A stretch of DNA of 64,000 bases from Guillardia theta CCMP2712 (Eukaryota; Protista; Cryptophyta). Positions 44,048 to 56,291 of this stretch are shown piece by piece. The stretch spans positions 1,194,258 through 1,258,257 of the forward strand of contig NW_005434670.1 of the NCBI RefSeq assembly GCF_000315625.1, in the 5' to 3' direction. How positions within the stretch are numbered: position 1 is the stretch's first letter; the number at the start of each line of letters is the position of its first letter. A program made the position numbers and the translations under genes. The notes under the pieces were generated by a model. The model ran no database searches and was not told the origin of the DNA. It saw nothing but the letters and a program-made list of their open reading frames with translations.

Positions 44048-47000
44048 ATGACAGTGCGATCGGGGGATGGCAATGCAGGGGCAGAGGAAAGGGATGTGAT
44101 ATTTACAGGATCAAACAAGCACGACATGCAAGTAGAGCAAAATCATCAGGTGAATGATCCGAAAAAAATGCTTCCAAGGAGCCATTCACTTGCGGAACTG
44201 CATCGGCCCGGGGAGAAACACTGGCTTCATGGACGCGGATTCGAAGAGAGAAAGATGACAATGAAGGACATCCAACAGCCATCTCTCCTCTCTCTGGCCA
44301 ATAACATTCCAGAGAATGTGTGCGATAATTGTAATTTTCAGGAAGCAAACTATCAACCACGCATTATTTTCATGGCGAGCGTTTTCACCGCGCTTGGTGG
44401 CATCATGCTCTTTGTTCTAAAATTTTTGATCAAGGAAAACATAGGAGGAGGTTTTGCATGGCAGTTCTTGCAAGAGTTGCCTTTCTTGCTCATCGCCTTC
44501 TATTCAGGGACTTATGCCTTGATCTTTTCCCAGGCCCGACTGCGTTTGTTTTGCATTCGAAATTATTCTTTCCTTGTGGTGGCATTTCTTTTTGTCGTGT
44601 ATTTGGGGTTCTTATTATCAGATTTCATGACCGAGCTAAGACGTTCTGAATTCGAAGTGTCTTTTCATCTGAACATCTCCTGGGTTATCGACTTTTCTCA
44701 CTTCCCTCCGGATAGAAATTGCACAGACCAATCTCCTGTAACGACAATGTTATTGTGGCCGCACTTCACCAGTATCGGCTGCGTAAACCTCTTGCTTGGA
44801 GGAGACAAGTTTTGTCTTTATATTCTTTTCATTCTTCAGCCACTGATCTATACCATCCCCGGCCGACCTGCATTATTGTTGTGTGTCATGAATGTGACAG
44901 TGTTCATAATCGCAGTTGTCCTTCTGGGAAGTGTAAGCTGGAGTTTACTCACCTGCACATTATTCCAGCTGATTGCTGGATTATCAACTGCCTACTTGTG
45001 CCAAAGAGATCTGCGTGATTCACAGCATCAATTCATCATCACAAAAAAGACCAAGTATGCTTCCAGCCAGAGCAAGATGTTGTTGTACACATTGATCCCC
45101 GAGAACGTGATGTCAAAGCTGACCTTTCATGATGATAGTGGCCTTTTAGGTGTTAAGATACCTCATTGCACAATTCTATTCTGTTCGTTCGTGCAGCAGG
45201 ACAGGATCAAGGCAAAGGGTGCAGTTCAGACATTTCAGATCCTTGATGGTATCTTTGAAGTGTTTGACAACATTGTGGAGAAGTATGGGATGTACAAATA
45301 TCAGCATGTAGGTGACTGGTATATTGTCACATGTCCAAGGGCTGCTCGACCATTTGATGAAAAGTTCCAGCAGGAAGAATATCCTCATCACTACACCCAA
45401 GGGATGGTGCACATGGCAAGGGAGCTCATTGAAGCCACCAGGAGCTTTCGTATAGATCAGTATGCCCTTGGGCTGAAGGTTGGAGTGAGTTGTGGGTCTG
45501 CAGCGGGTGCGGTGATAGGGTCTCACCGGGCGTTCTACTGTGTTTATGGGGACACTGTCAATACAGCCGCCAGAATGTGCAAGTATGCGAAAGAGGGACA
45601 AATATTGTGCACAAGGGAATTTGCTGATTCGATCTACTCTCTAGCTTGTGATTATATAACCTGCGAGTCATCCGGTGAGCTGGAGGTCAAGGGCAAAGGT
45701 TTGATGTCAGTGTTCAATGTCGTGTGGGACCCTCATGTGGTGATGGACGACCAGATCAGTGGAGCAGAGAGTCAGAGAATGGAGGATACAAGATCGACTG
45801 CAAGTCTGACTACTGCAGGTTTGGAATTTGAATACGAAAATCTGAGCCCAGAGGGAAAACAACTTTTGAAAAGCAACACCTACAGGCTGAGCAACTTTTG
45901 GGTGGAGTTTGTCCATCCAAAATCCGAATCTCAATTCTTCGAGGACACAACTGAAAAGTTCACGTTCATAGTTTCCATAGGCCTCTCTGTACATTTCTTT
46001 GCAGTGCTGTGCCAATGGCAGGCGGTGAATTTCCCGGACTACGAATACGATTTTGCAGCTCTTGGAAACCAAGATCTTGAGTATCAAAAACTACGTGCGC
46101 GCTGGGTTCTGACTGGACATTTGATTTTTGTTTTCATCCATAGCGTCATTCTTCAATACCTCCTTTTCACCAGCAGGCTGGCATATCGAAATTTACAGCG
46201 GAATGTTGTCATTCAGAAAATGTTTTTTGTCGTGGTATCAGGTCTAGTCAATCTGAGGTATCACGTAGGCGATTGGTTGATCTTATTTCCCGCAGTTTTT
46301 TCAATCATTCACTCTTCTGTTTGTGGGTTAACGTTTCGCAAGAATTTGCTCTCAAGTTCGATTTGTGCATGCTTCAGCATGGTCATGGTGTTCTTTGCCC
46401 CGCATAAGGTGTACCGATTCCGAGCGATCCTCCAGATCTTCTTCGTAGCTGTCATCTCCATCGTGTTCTCGAGGATCAAGAATCTTGCTGAGCGGAAGCG
46501 ATGGCGTCTGGACAAACTCTTCGAGGTTGAGTTCAAGAGGCTCAAGGAGGTGATGATCGACCTCATCCCAAGACATGTGGCCATGGAGATGCTCCAGTTC
46601 TCGGGGAAGATCCCTTGCGCCATGCAAAGAGCTGCTGTGCTCCAGCTAGACATCTGCAACTTCACGGGCATGTCGCAGACGATGGACGCGTTAGAGCTAG
46701 CAAACATGGTGCACGACTTGTTCTCTCACTTCGACGACGCGGTCAGGCGATGGGGCCTCTTCAAGATGGACACAGTAGGCGACGCCTACATAGTTGCTGG
46801 ATGGCTCCCCAACAGGACCGACTGGCTCATGCGCAAAGAGACGCAAGTGACCTGCCAACACCTGCTACAACTGGCGCGAGTTATGTTGACCACTATGGCC
46901 GACTATCGCCGTAGGACAGGGAGGACGGTCAACTGCAGGATCGGCATCTCCACTGGGGTCGTGGCGACAGGAGTGCTCGGAAGGATCCAGTCCAGGTTTC

Positions 47001-47443
47001 ACATGATTGGGGACGCGCTGACCGAGTCAGAGCTGTTGGAGCAGAGTTGCTGGCATGGCGCTGTCCACGTCAGCGACAAGTTCTTGCAATGCATGCGATG
47101 CATGAACCCCGAAGTCTCTCCTGAGATGCCCATGCTTGCTGTTCGGCCCTCCAAGAGACAGAGCAACTGTAGCAGATCCAGCTCGATCTGTGCAGTGATG
47201 GGCACTGACTCGTTCCCTTCCCGGCGTCAGTCTGTTCACGTCATCGCAAGAAAATGGAAGACGATGTCGAGGCTGGAGGGCATCGAGGGAAAACCTTCGT
47301 TACCCCAACCTTGGCGATGCGTCGCTGTCAACGAGCACGAGACAAAGGCCAAGAAGCACGACACTGTGCAAGCGTGCGAGTTCAACATGAAGCTGAGTTA
47401 TATCCTTGTTTTTGATGAGGGAAGAGAGAAAGATGTATCGTAA
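44048..47443 (+). CDS. Intronless membrane class III nucleotide cyclase (TM-cyclase-TM-cyclase), probably guanylyl-type, paralogue 1
   Basis: Two hydrophobic blocks; domain 1 KYQHVGDWY, GSAAGAVIG, FYCVYGDTVNTAARM, VKGKG; domain 2 LQLDICNFT, KMDTVGDAY, RIGISTG. First ATG at 44048. Confidence 0.9.
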   Translation: MTVRSGDGNAGAEERDVIFTGSNKHDMQVEQNHQVNDPKKMLPRSHSLAELHRPGEKHWLHGRGFEERKMTMKDIQQPSLLSLANNIPENVCDNCNFQEANYQPRIIFMASVFTALGGIMLFVLKFLIKENIGGGFAWQFLQELPFLLIAFYSGTYALIFSQARLRLFCIRNYSFLVVAFLFVVYLGFLLSDFMTELRRSEFEVSFHLNISWVIDFSHFPPDRNCTDQSPVTTMLLWPHFTSIGCVNLLLGGDKFCLYILFILQPLIYTIPGRPALLLCVMNVTVFIIAVVLLGSVSWSLLTCTLFQLIAGLSTAYLCQRDLRDSQHQFIITKKTKYASSQSKMLLYTLIPENVMSKLTFHDDSGLLGVKIPHCTILFCSFVQQDRIKAKGAVQTFQILDGIFEVFDNIVEKYGMYKYQHVGDWYIVTCPRAARPFDEKFQQEEYPHHYTQGMVHMARELIEATRSFRIDQYALGLKVGVSCGSAAGAVIGSHRAFYCVYGDTVNTAARMCKYAKEGQILCTREFADSIYSLACDYITCESSGELEVKGKGLMSVFNVVWDPHVVMDDQISGAESQRMEDTRSTASLTTAGLEFEYENLSPEGKQLLKSNTYRLSNFWVEFVHPKSESQFFEDTTEKFTFIVSIGLSVHFFAVLCQWQAVNFPDYEYDFAALGNQDLEYQKLRARWVLTGHLIFVFIHSVILQYLLFTSRLAYRNLQRNVVIQKMFFVVVSGLVNLRYHVGDWLILFPAVFSIIHSSVCGLTFRKNLLSSSICACFSMVMVFFAPHKVYRFRAILQIFFVAVISIVFSRIKNLAERKRWRLDKLFEVEFKRLKEVMIDLIPRHVAMEMLQFSGKIPCAMQRAAVLQLDICNFTGMSQTMDALELANMVHDLFSHFDDAVRRWGLFKMDTVGDAYIVAGWLPNRTDWLMRKETQVTCQHLLQLARVMLTTMADYRRRTGRTVNCRIGISTGVVATGVLGRIQSRFHMIGDALTESELLEQSCWHGAVHVSDKFLQCMRCMNPEVSPEMPMLAVRPSKRQSNCSRSSSICAVMGTDSFPSRRQSVHVIARKWKTMSRLEGIEGKPSLPQPWRCVAVNEHETKAKKHDTVQACEFNMKLSYILVFDEGREKDVS

Positions 47444-47829
47444 AGATGTATCGTAAAGATGTTATGTTTAATGAAAACTAATCAAGATAGCGGAGCTCGA
47501 TTGTTTCATCCGTTGTCGTTTGGTTTTAGGTGAATCGAACCAATCACGCAAGACTGATCGACATCAATCAAGCAAGACAGATCTTTACTAATCAACCTGC
47601 AATATTGTGACCAATCTCGGTCTATGACAAATTTCTAACAACGTTGGAACATACTTCAGAACCTTTCCTATCAAGATCATGCCCATAATGCAACTCTCCC
47701 TTCGATTGCTTATCATGTGTATCCAACGTGTAGAATATTATCTGCTTTCTGCCTGCTTTTCGTCATCCTCTGTTATCTCGTTCTGTCTCTTCCTTGCCCC
47801 GTCGCGTGGCCTTCCGGAACCCTCCCTCT

Positions 47830-48620
47830 CCCCCGTCCCTCCTACCCCCCATCATCATTGCAATGATCATCACCATTACCACCATTCCGTACATCGGCAT
47901 TATCATCGTCATATGTGTGCCATCGTTATCGACATCGTCGATAAAATTTCTCTCTCATCAACTCAATCTCAGCCGTTGACATCATCATCATCATCATCAT
48001 CATCATCCTTATCATCATCTCTTCATCATCTTCATTGACATTACCCTGTCACCTTTGAACTATCATTCAATCCGTCATCATGAAAGTTGCCACGCGTATC
48101 ATCTTCTCAACCGTACAAGTACTTACAGCGCTTTAAACACAAAACTTCGCTCGCACCACATAACCATCTATTCATCGTCATCAACATCACCACCGCCCGC
48201 ATCAATGTCATCTCCATCATCATCAGCATCACCACCCTCTTTACCACCACCAGCAGCGTCATCATCACCACAACAGCAACCATCAGTACCAGCACCAGCA
48301 GCATCTCCATTACAGCCATTATCACCATCACCATCGTCGTCATCATATCTTCACCACCACCACCACCACTACTATCTCTTTCCTCATCTTCATCATCATA
48401 ATAATCACTCTTATCCTAACCCTTATCACCACCATTATCATCACCACCATCTCCATCATCTCCATCATCTCCATCATCTCCATGGTTGTTGTTGTTGTTG
48501 TTGTTGATCATCGCTGCATTGTCGTAATCGTCATCATCATCACCATCATCACCATCATCATCACCATCACCATCACCATCACCACCGCCACCATTCAACA
48601 CCATTCCCCTCTCTACCACT
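47830..48620. repeat. (CAT/CAC)n-rich low-complexity tract
   Basis: Long degenerate catcat/caccac trinucleotide array between the cyclases. Confidence 0.9.
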
Positions 48621-49138
48621 GAAGCATTTTATTATGCGAGCACCGGTCAATGACTTTACAACTTGACTATAGATTTCAAATCATGGTACCTCTGTATCTT
48701 CAAAAATTTCACCAAAACTTCAAATTGCTGCCCTCAAATCACTGGCCGCATCTTCTCCGACTCTCTCCAGTACCCCTCATTTTCCCCCTTACGACCTCAA
48801 TACCCACCCACATGGTTATGATCGCTCGTACATTGATATCGTGTACCCCCACCCCAGCAATTATGAGTTTCTCTACACCACCGGTGGTGGGTTTTTGACT
48901 ACAAACTGAACACCCACCCCCAGTTTGACTCTATCCCACCTTCTTCACCACCCCATAAACCCCTACCCTCTCTAAGAATGTATATCTGTTGTGATTGGCA
49001 GTCTTAGAGTACCCTACCACCCCACATTATATCAATTCACTCTTCAAAGTACCCGTTCTCGGAGAACGAGGAGGATACGAGAGGACCCACCCACCCTACC
49101 TACGGATCTCGAGGTTTTCCGGCCAAGACGCCCCAAGT

Positions 49139-49250
49139 TCAAGTTACTACTACGAACAAGTTATACTACTACAACACAAGTTACTACTACAACACAAGTT
49201 ACTACTACTACAACACAAGTTACTACTACTACAACACAAGTTACTACCAC
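49139..49250. repeat. Minisatellite, 18-21-bp unit CAAGTT(ACT)nACAACA, about 6 copies
   Basis: caagttactactacaaca repeated directly. Confidence 0.9.
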
Positions 49251-49579
49251 ACTGCGAGTTGTTCTTACAACCCAAACAAAGCTGATTACACAACGACGTA
49301 ATCTATCACTAGTAGAATTTTGGCTGCTCTGTCGTAGCATCTGCGAGATGCTTACAGTCATTCCATGCATAGGTTGAATGCACATGGAAGAAGAAGAACA
49401 TTTGACTTTTATTGTTGAACACAGCATTTGTAGCTGAAGGGAGCTGTGGATTGCAAAGTTGCAGGTTTAACTTCCTGTCATGTGGTACCCTTGTGGCATT
49501 TTCAGACGTTGGAGTTCATTGCGGCCTCAAAGTTGTGCAATGAACATTCAGATTGATGTAACCGTATGAAGATCTAAAA

Positions 49580-52500
49580 ATGGTTGAAGAAACAGCGAAA
49601 TTTGTTGGCTGGAGGCAACATCGAAAGGAAAATGTTGCCAAGGCTTCAGAAGCTCAGCTTAATGCTCGGCGAGGGAGCAAGGAGCACATTTCCATCTATA
49701 TCTCCAGCTCTCCAGAAGATGAGAATGCTTCCCCGTCTGATTCCAAGTTCATGAGTCTGAAGTCTCGTCTCCGAAGTCGCGCACTCAAGAGCATGTTTGG
49801 ACATCAATCCGTTGTGGGCGAGAACCTGATTTTTCCTACCTCGACATCTCCTCTGAAAAATCTCGTTTACAAACAGGAAATGAATAGAAATTTTCGTGAA
49901 GAGACCTTTGATCCGTTTCCAGCAAAGTCATGCTGCATGGTCTTGGCGCCCATGTTTTTCCTCTCGGCGCTCGGCGAGATGTTTTCTTCTGAACTTTATG
50001 GTGGAGGGATGAAATGGGCCATGTACAATTCATTGCCATTTTGGTTTGGATTTTTCCTCACATCAACAGTTGGTATTACAGTAAGTTTTACATGCCTGAG
50101 AGGAGTTTACTCGAGATTTTACAATTTGATCATGTCTGTGTTGGTGGTGTGTGTTTTTTCTTGCTTGATTTCCGATTCCATTCTCCTCGAGCTCAGGCTC
50201 GTTCTCTTCCAAGCATCTTTCGCCCCTCAGATCTCGTGGAGCATGACACACGTACATGGTTGGCCCGTACAGGTATGTAACGACACGAACCCGGTCAAGA
50301 CTATCAAGGATTGGCCGATGTTCAACGCAATAGGATGCGAAGGCGCGATGCTCAGTGGCGAGTCCTATGGGTTCTGCCTGGGTTGCCTGGTGCTGCCGAT
50401 CATCCTCAGAATGAGTGGAAAGAGTGCGCTGATTGTTGCGTTTGTTAACTCATCTTTGCACACTATCTCCATCCTCTTGATAGGCCACCGGGACGTTGCC
50501 ATTGTGACTGCAGCGGTTTTCTTGCTCTCCGTCGGACTCTCGAGTGCATATTTCTGCGCATGCCAGACAGCAAATGACAAAGAGCAGTACGTCATGATGG
50601 AAGGCACTCGTTATGCAACAGACCAGAGCAGAAAGCTTGTGAGCACTTTGATCCCCGAGAACGTGCTGAACAAGCTAGCGGCTCAGCGAGGGGACGCCAT
50701 GCTCGGCGTAAGCATTCCCCAGTGCTGCATCATGTTCTGCTCCTTGGAGCCGCAGGTTGTTCTCAAATCGCGTCCCCCGTTGGAGGTTTTTGATCTGCTT
50801 GACGAGATCTTTGAGGCTTTTGACACGACAGTTGAGAAGTATGGCATGTACAAGTACCAGCATGTCGGAGATTGGTATATCATCACCTGCCCTCGTGCCT
50901 GCCGCCCCTTCGATGAGGAGCTCCAAGCTTCCAACTACCCGCCCTCTCACTTCGACGACATGGTCCAGCTGGGAAAGGAGCTGATTTGTATCACGAAGAG
51001 GTTCAACATAGCTGGAGTGGAGCTGAGCCTGCGGGTGGGGATCAGCTTTGGTTCAGCAGCTGGGGCTGTCATTGGCGTACATCGCGCCTTCTACTGCGTT
51101 TATGGAGACACGACCAATACTGCTGCTCGGATGTGTAAAGCTGCTCGTCCGAACCAGATCATGTGCTCGGAGAACTTTGCCTCTGCCATCCTCGTTTTCC
51201 AGCCCAGCAAGGTTATCTGCCGGCACGAAGGAAGCATGCTCATCAAGGGGAAGGGTGAGCTGGACGTCTATGATGTGGATTTGCATCGTTCTAGCATGGC
51301 ATTGTCCTCAGAAGCTCATCTTTCTACTCCTCAGCAGAGCTACCGAAGCAGGAGGTCAACCATGAGGTCGCTTATCAGGATGGATAGCTTGGGGTCCTCG
51401 TCGCGCAGCAGGAGCTCGAGCTTTCAATCGACATCCCGGGAGCAGCAGACATTTTTCGGAGGAATCAACTACGAGATTGACATGCTGCGAATGAAGTTCA
51501 AGGACGAGGAGACAGAAGCGATGTTTTTGACGGAGAACGCAAGAAGTCAAAGGATCGCTATCACCATCGGCCTCTTGATTCACTTTCTCGCGGTGATGTG
51601 TGGGTTCCAATTTGTCAACTATCCCGAGCAGTCTTATGATTATGCCGAATACGGTGACATCGTGCTGGAGAGAGGCAGAGACCTCGTCCGGGCCCTCCTC
51701 ACCGCACACCTTCTTTTCGCCATCGCGTGGTCTGCGGGTCTGGTGCTGTACATGTGGCGGGGCATCCATGTCTGTAGGATCTACCAGTGGCACGTGCTAG
51801 GCATGAAGCTCGTCTTCCTCCTGGTGTCTTTCACCGCCTCGCTCTACCTGCCCTCGGAGGGTTGGCTCATCATCTTCCCAAGTCTCTTCGTCTGCATGAA
51901 CTCCATCATTACGGGCTTTCGCTTCATTCACATCTTCACCATCAACCTCCTCACCTTCCTCCTCTCTGCCATTTTCATCCTCCTCACGAACAAGCAGCAG
52001 GGGGAAAAGTGGCTGATCATCGTCGAGGTGCTGGTGACCTGCATGGCCATCAGTTGGCTGGGGAGGAGGATCTGCTTCGCGGAGAAGGAGCACTGGCGGC
52101 AGGCAAGGCTGTACGAGGCAGAGCTGCAACGGCTGAAGCAGATCCTCGTTGACCTCATCCCTTCCAATGTGGCGCAGCACATGATCCGGTGTGCCGCTAA
52201 GATGCAGTGCCTGATGCAGCGAGCCGTCGTCCTCCAGCTTGACCTATGCAGCTTCACCAAGATGTCCCAGGAGAGGAGCGCCATGGACATGGCGACGATG
52301 GTCCACGAGCTCTTTCTGACCTTCGATAGGGGCGTCATGCAGCGCGGCCTCTACAAGATGGACACGGTGGGGGACGCGTACATCGTAGCTGGATGGCTCT
52401 CCTGCGACCGCGACTGGTTCCTGCAGGACGACACAAGAAGCCGCTGCAGTACCGTCTTGTCTCTGGCGCACCTGATGTTGGAGTCAATGGCGGAGTACCG

Positions 52501-53053
52501 GAAGAGGACGGGGAAGGAGGTGAACTGCAGGATCGGCGTCTCCATCGGGGTTGTTGCTACGGGGCTGCTCGGGAGGATGCAGTCTCGCTTTCACATCATC
52601 GGGCAGACGATGCTGGACGTGGACACGCTCGAGTCAAGCGCGAAGATGAACTGCGTGCACGTTAGCGACAAGTTCCTGCGAGGCCTGGGAAGCATCCGAT
52701 ACAAACAGCAGCCCCTCCTTCCCGGTTGTCCTCCTCGATCACAGTGGAACCTCTTCCGGAGGATGAGCTCGATCGGGCCAGATGCTTACGAGCTGCTGGA
52801 GGTATGCGATGATCGATGCAAGACCAGGAAGAGGGCGGGGAGAAACAGCGTGGCGGAGGTGGAGAAGATTGAAGGAGAGGTCGTGATCCCGCAGGGCTGG
52901 AAGTGCGTTGAAGAGCTAGAGAGGAGAGAGTCTGTGTCCGGGTTGAGCTCTGCAGTGGACGGGGAATACAACAAGCAGCTGCTTGACAGCAACGGGCTGG
53001 ATTATCGAGTGTGCAGGAGTTACATTCTTGCGCTTGATCATAAGGAGGAGGGG

Positions 53054-53106
<53 letters not shown>

Positions 53107-53116
53107 GTGTACATAG
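49580..53116 (+). CDS. Intronless membrane class III nucleotide cyclase, paralogue 2
   Basis: Same layout as paralogue 1: KYQHVGDWY, FYCVYGDTTNTAARM, IKGKG; LQLDLCSFT, KMDTVGDAY; C-terminal (GGAGCA)n encodes GAGAGA. Confidence 0.9.
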
Positions 53117-53243
53117 ACGGGATGATCACGGGTGTCAGTTTCCAACGTTCATTCTTTATAACTTGATGACTTGTTTGATTTCTGTAAAGTGAAGAAGCAC
53201 AAGTTTGTTTGTCCTCCCTCCTCCTGCTCCTCCTATTTCTAGC

Positions 53244-56056
53244 TCATGCAGCGTCCTCAGGGTCGATGAATTCAGTTCGAACTTCCTCGATAGATTGTTT
53301 GATCATGTCCTGCAAGCTTGTGTCAAAGATTCTGCCTTCCTTCTCTCTCTCACCCCGCTCTTTCCTCTCATTTCTCTAGTCGATCCTCTCCCACAACTGT
53401 CCTTGCTCTCCTTGATTGCTCCACCATCCTTTTCCTTCCTTGTCTGCCTCCCCGCTCCCCTCTCTACAGCCTCCTCCTTCCTCCCCCCCTCACCACGTTG
53501 TCCTCCAGGACTTGAAGTCCAAATTCCTTCGAGATCTGAAGGCAAAAGATTAGAGAATGCATTCCCCTCTCCCCTTGCCCCTTTCTAGTCTCCTCCCTTC
53601 CTCCATCTCTCCATCCTTTTCTTCTCTACTGCCGCCTTTCCTCTTCCTACCCGCTCCTTGCACATGCGGCGGGTAAGATTTGTGATTCCGTCTTTTTCCA
53701 CAATGAGATCTCGGATGCATTGCTTGATCTTCGCCTGCTCGCTAGTCAATATTCATTTCTGTACCTCTGCAAGTCAAACCTTCAACTGCCCTTCCACTTC
53801 TTCGACATCTCCTTTGCCGTTCTGTTCGTCCTCCTTCTCCTCTTCCTTCTCCTCCTCCTCATCCTCTTTCCCTTTCTTCTTTTCGTCTTCCTCGCTTTTC
53901 TCATCCTCTGACTGTTTCTCAATTTGCTGCAAGATGTCACGATGGAACATGTAGACATACAAAGATGGCAACCTCCTCTTCCTCTTCCTCTTCCTCCTCC
54001 GAGACTTTCTCCTCTTCGGAAGAGGATTCTTTTTGTTTCCTCTTGCCTGATGGAAGCGAAGTTTGAGCAGGAAGAGAAGTAGAACAAGTAGCAAGTAGCT
54101 CACGTTTCTTCTTACTCTCCTTGTCCTTCCTTTTTCTCTTCTTTTCTGATTCATCTTTCTCTTTGCTCTTTTCCTTTCGCTTGCTCTGCTGTGAAGTCAC
54201 TCTGACGAGACGACGAGGATAAGAATGGGAAGGGAAGAGGGGAAGGGATGATAACAATGGGAGTGAGGAGTGATTCTTCACCTTCTTGCGCTTCTTAGTC
54301 TCACTTCTTTCCTCCTGCTCACGATAAAATCACGACGATCATGAAAAGACGGAGAAGAACAAGGAGACAGACAAAGGGAAGGGGGGGGCGAGTAGGTAAG
54401 AGGGATCATCACCTCAGATCCATCGTCGATGATGTCATCTTCGGGTCTCTTCTTCTTCTTTCTCCTATTCCAACATTCAGTTCTTTCACTCCCTCCTCCT
54501 CCCCCCCCACTCTCCCTTCTCCCTCCTTCCTTTCCCACCCTCTCCCCTTCCCCCCTTCTCCCTCGATCCCTCGATCCCTCGCACTCCCCTTGCCCCCTGC
54601 CCCCTCCTCCCCCCCCCGGGTCCCTCAACCTTCCTGTCTCCCTCCCTCCCTCACATCTCTTCCTCCCTCTCACTTGCTCTCTGTGTCTTTTGGTTTGCTC
54701 TTCCTCTTCTTCGAATTCATCTTCGCCATCAGCGCCTCATACTCGGTCGTCACCCTATCAACTTGTCAATAGGCCTCTCTCGACCAATTCCCTCCCTCCC
54801 TCCTCCTCGTCCTCCTCGTCCTCCTCATGAAATTCGACCTCTCGTGATAGCGTGTGTGTAAGATCCCAGCTTTCTTCTGCATCTGTTCGTCCTCATGCTT
54901 CCTCAGGCGCCGCACGAGCATTCCCTGTGCTGCACGTTAGTTTCGATCCTCCTCCTCTTCCTTGGTTCCATTTGCTCCTCCTCCTCTTCTCTAAATTCTT
55001 GCTTGTATCTTCCCTTTCGAACTGTTCTGCTGCCATACTCGCGCTTCCCCCACATTCTTCTCTTCTCACCAAGCTCTTGTACTCTCCGATCACGATGTCC
55101 CTCACGCTGACCGAGTCCCACATGTTCTGTAGGGCGTCCAGGATGTTGTAGGCGCTCGCCAGGTCAACATCCTTCGCGTCTACGATCTTATGTAGCTTGT
55201 TCCTCATTGCAAGGGCTCCGCTCTCCTTCGCCTCCGGATCAGCATCGTTGCCTTCCTCTGAGTCGCTGGCCCCTCCCTTGTTGTTGTCACTGTCCTCTTC
55301 CATCTTATCCTCCTTGTCGTCGTTCTTCTCCACTGCATCATCGTCCGGGCGATCTACTTGCATCGCCTCATCATCCTTGACGTCCCCGGAATCTTCGTTC
55401 CCTTCCTGCCCCTCCTTCCTCATCTCCTCTTTACCACCCTCCTCCCCTTCCTTCTCCTCCTCCCCTTCCTTCTCCTCCTCCCCTTCCTTTGCTTGCTTGG
55501 CTTCCTCCTCCTCCTCCTCCGCCTCCTTGTCCTTCACCTCCTTGTCCTCCTCTACATCTTGTATGCTCTCTCTCTCACTCAGTGCATTTGAGGCGTCTCT
55601 GCCCATTCCGTCCTGTCGCTCCTCGGCAACGGGCAATGAGGTCTCCTCCTGCAGTCTCGCTGCTGAGTTTGGCTCGTCTTCGTTCACGTCCGCCATGGCA
55701 ACTGAAGGCCAGCAGTCAGTCTCAAGCTTATCTTGCTAGCGTCTTGCGCTCCTTCACTTCTCCACTCCCTACAGTCGTTTGCGCACACTTGGATTTTGGC
55801 TGATCATTTCTCTACCTTGTGTCCTCAACCTTTCCTATCCTGTATGGTGATAGGCCTCTCTCATGTTTACACCTCTTGACGATTGACAACGTTCTCCTCC
55901 ATCTCCACCTTGGCTCCACATCTCCTCTTCGTCAAGGTTTCTCTGTTCTTCTCTTCTCTCCGTCCTCCCCCTCCCCCTCCTCCCCTCTCCTCGCCCCTCG
56001 CATCGCTCGTTTTCTTTTTCTCCGCCTCGTGTACGGTATGAGGGCCGGGGATCCAT
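53244..56056 (-). CDS. Acidic/basic low-complexity nuclear protein with C-terminal DEK_C domain, multi-exon
   Basis: E/D/K-rich exons (e.g. 54893-55696); spliced C-terminus IKQCIRDLIVEKDGITNLTRRMCKER-ISKEFGLQVLEDN-DMIKQSIEEVR fits the DEK_C pattern; stop at 53244; start uncertain. Confidence 0.65.
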
Positions 56057-56291
56057 GGCGCCAACGACTGTGGCGAAGCTACTCCGAGCAGTCGATGGAA
56101 CAGGAGGAGGAGGTGGAGGAGGTGGAGGTGGAGGTGGAGGAGTAACGAGAGGCGAGGAGCATGCATGGTAGATATGAAGAAGAGAGGGGGAGGATGAGGA
56201 GGAGGAGACGGGAATGGAGCGAATTCGAACTCAATCTTTGAAATTCTAGAAATTAGAGCAGAATGCCAGCCAATAGTCGTGTGAGCTGCAC

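Noticed and set aside
47679-48619. His-, Ser- and Ile-rich ORFs
   Set aside because: Artefacts of the (CAT/CAC)n low-complexity tract.
49139-49250. Possible CRISPR-like array or mucin-like TTTTQV gene
   Set aside because: Head-to-tail minisatellite with no unique spacers, eukaryotic context, no cas genes and no supported gene model.
44048-53116. Pycsar/CBASS-type anti-phage operon next to mobile elements
   Set aside because: Eukaryotic locus; the cyclases are 12-TM pseudo-heterodimers with no adjacent effector gene, and proximity to the retrotransposons is likely incidental.
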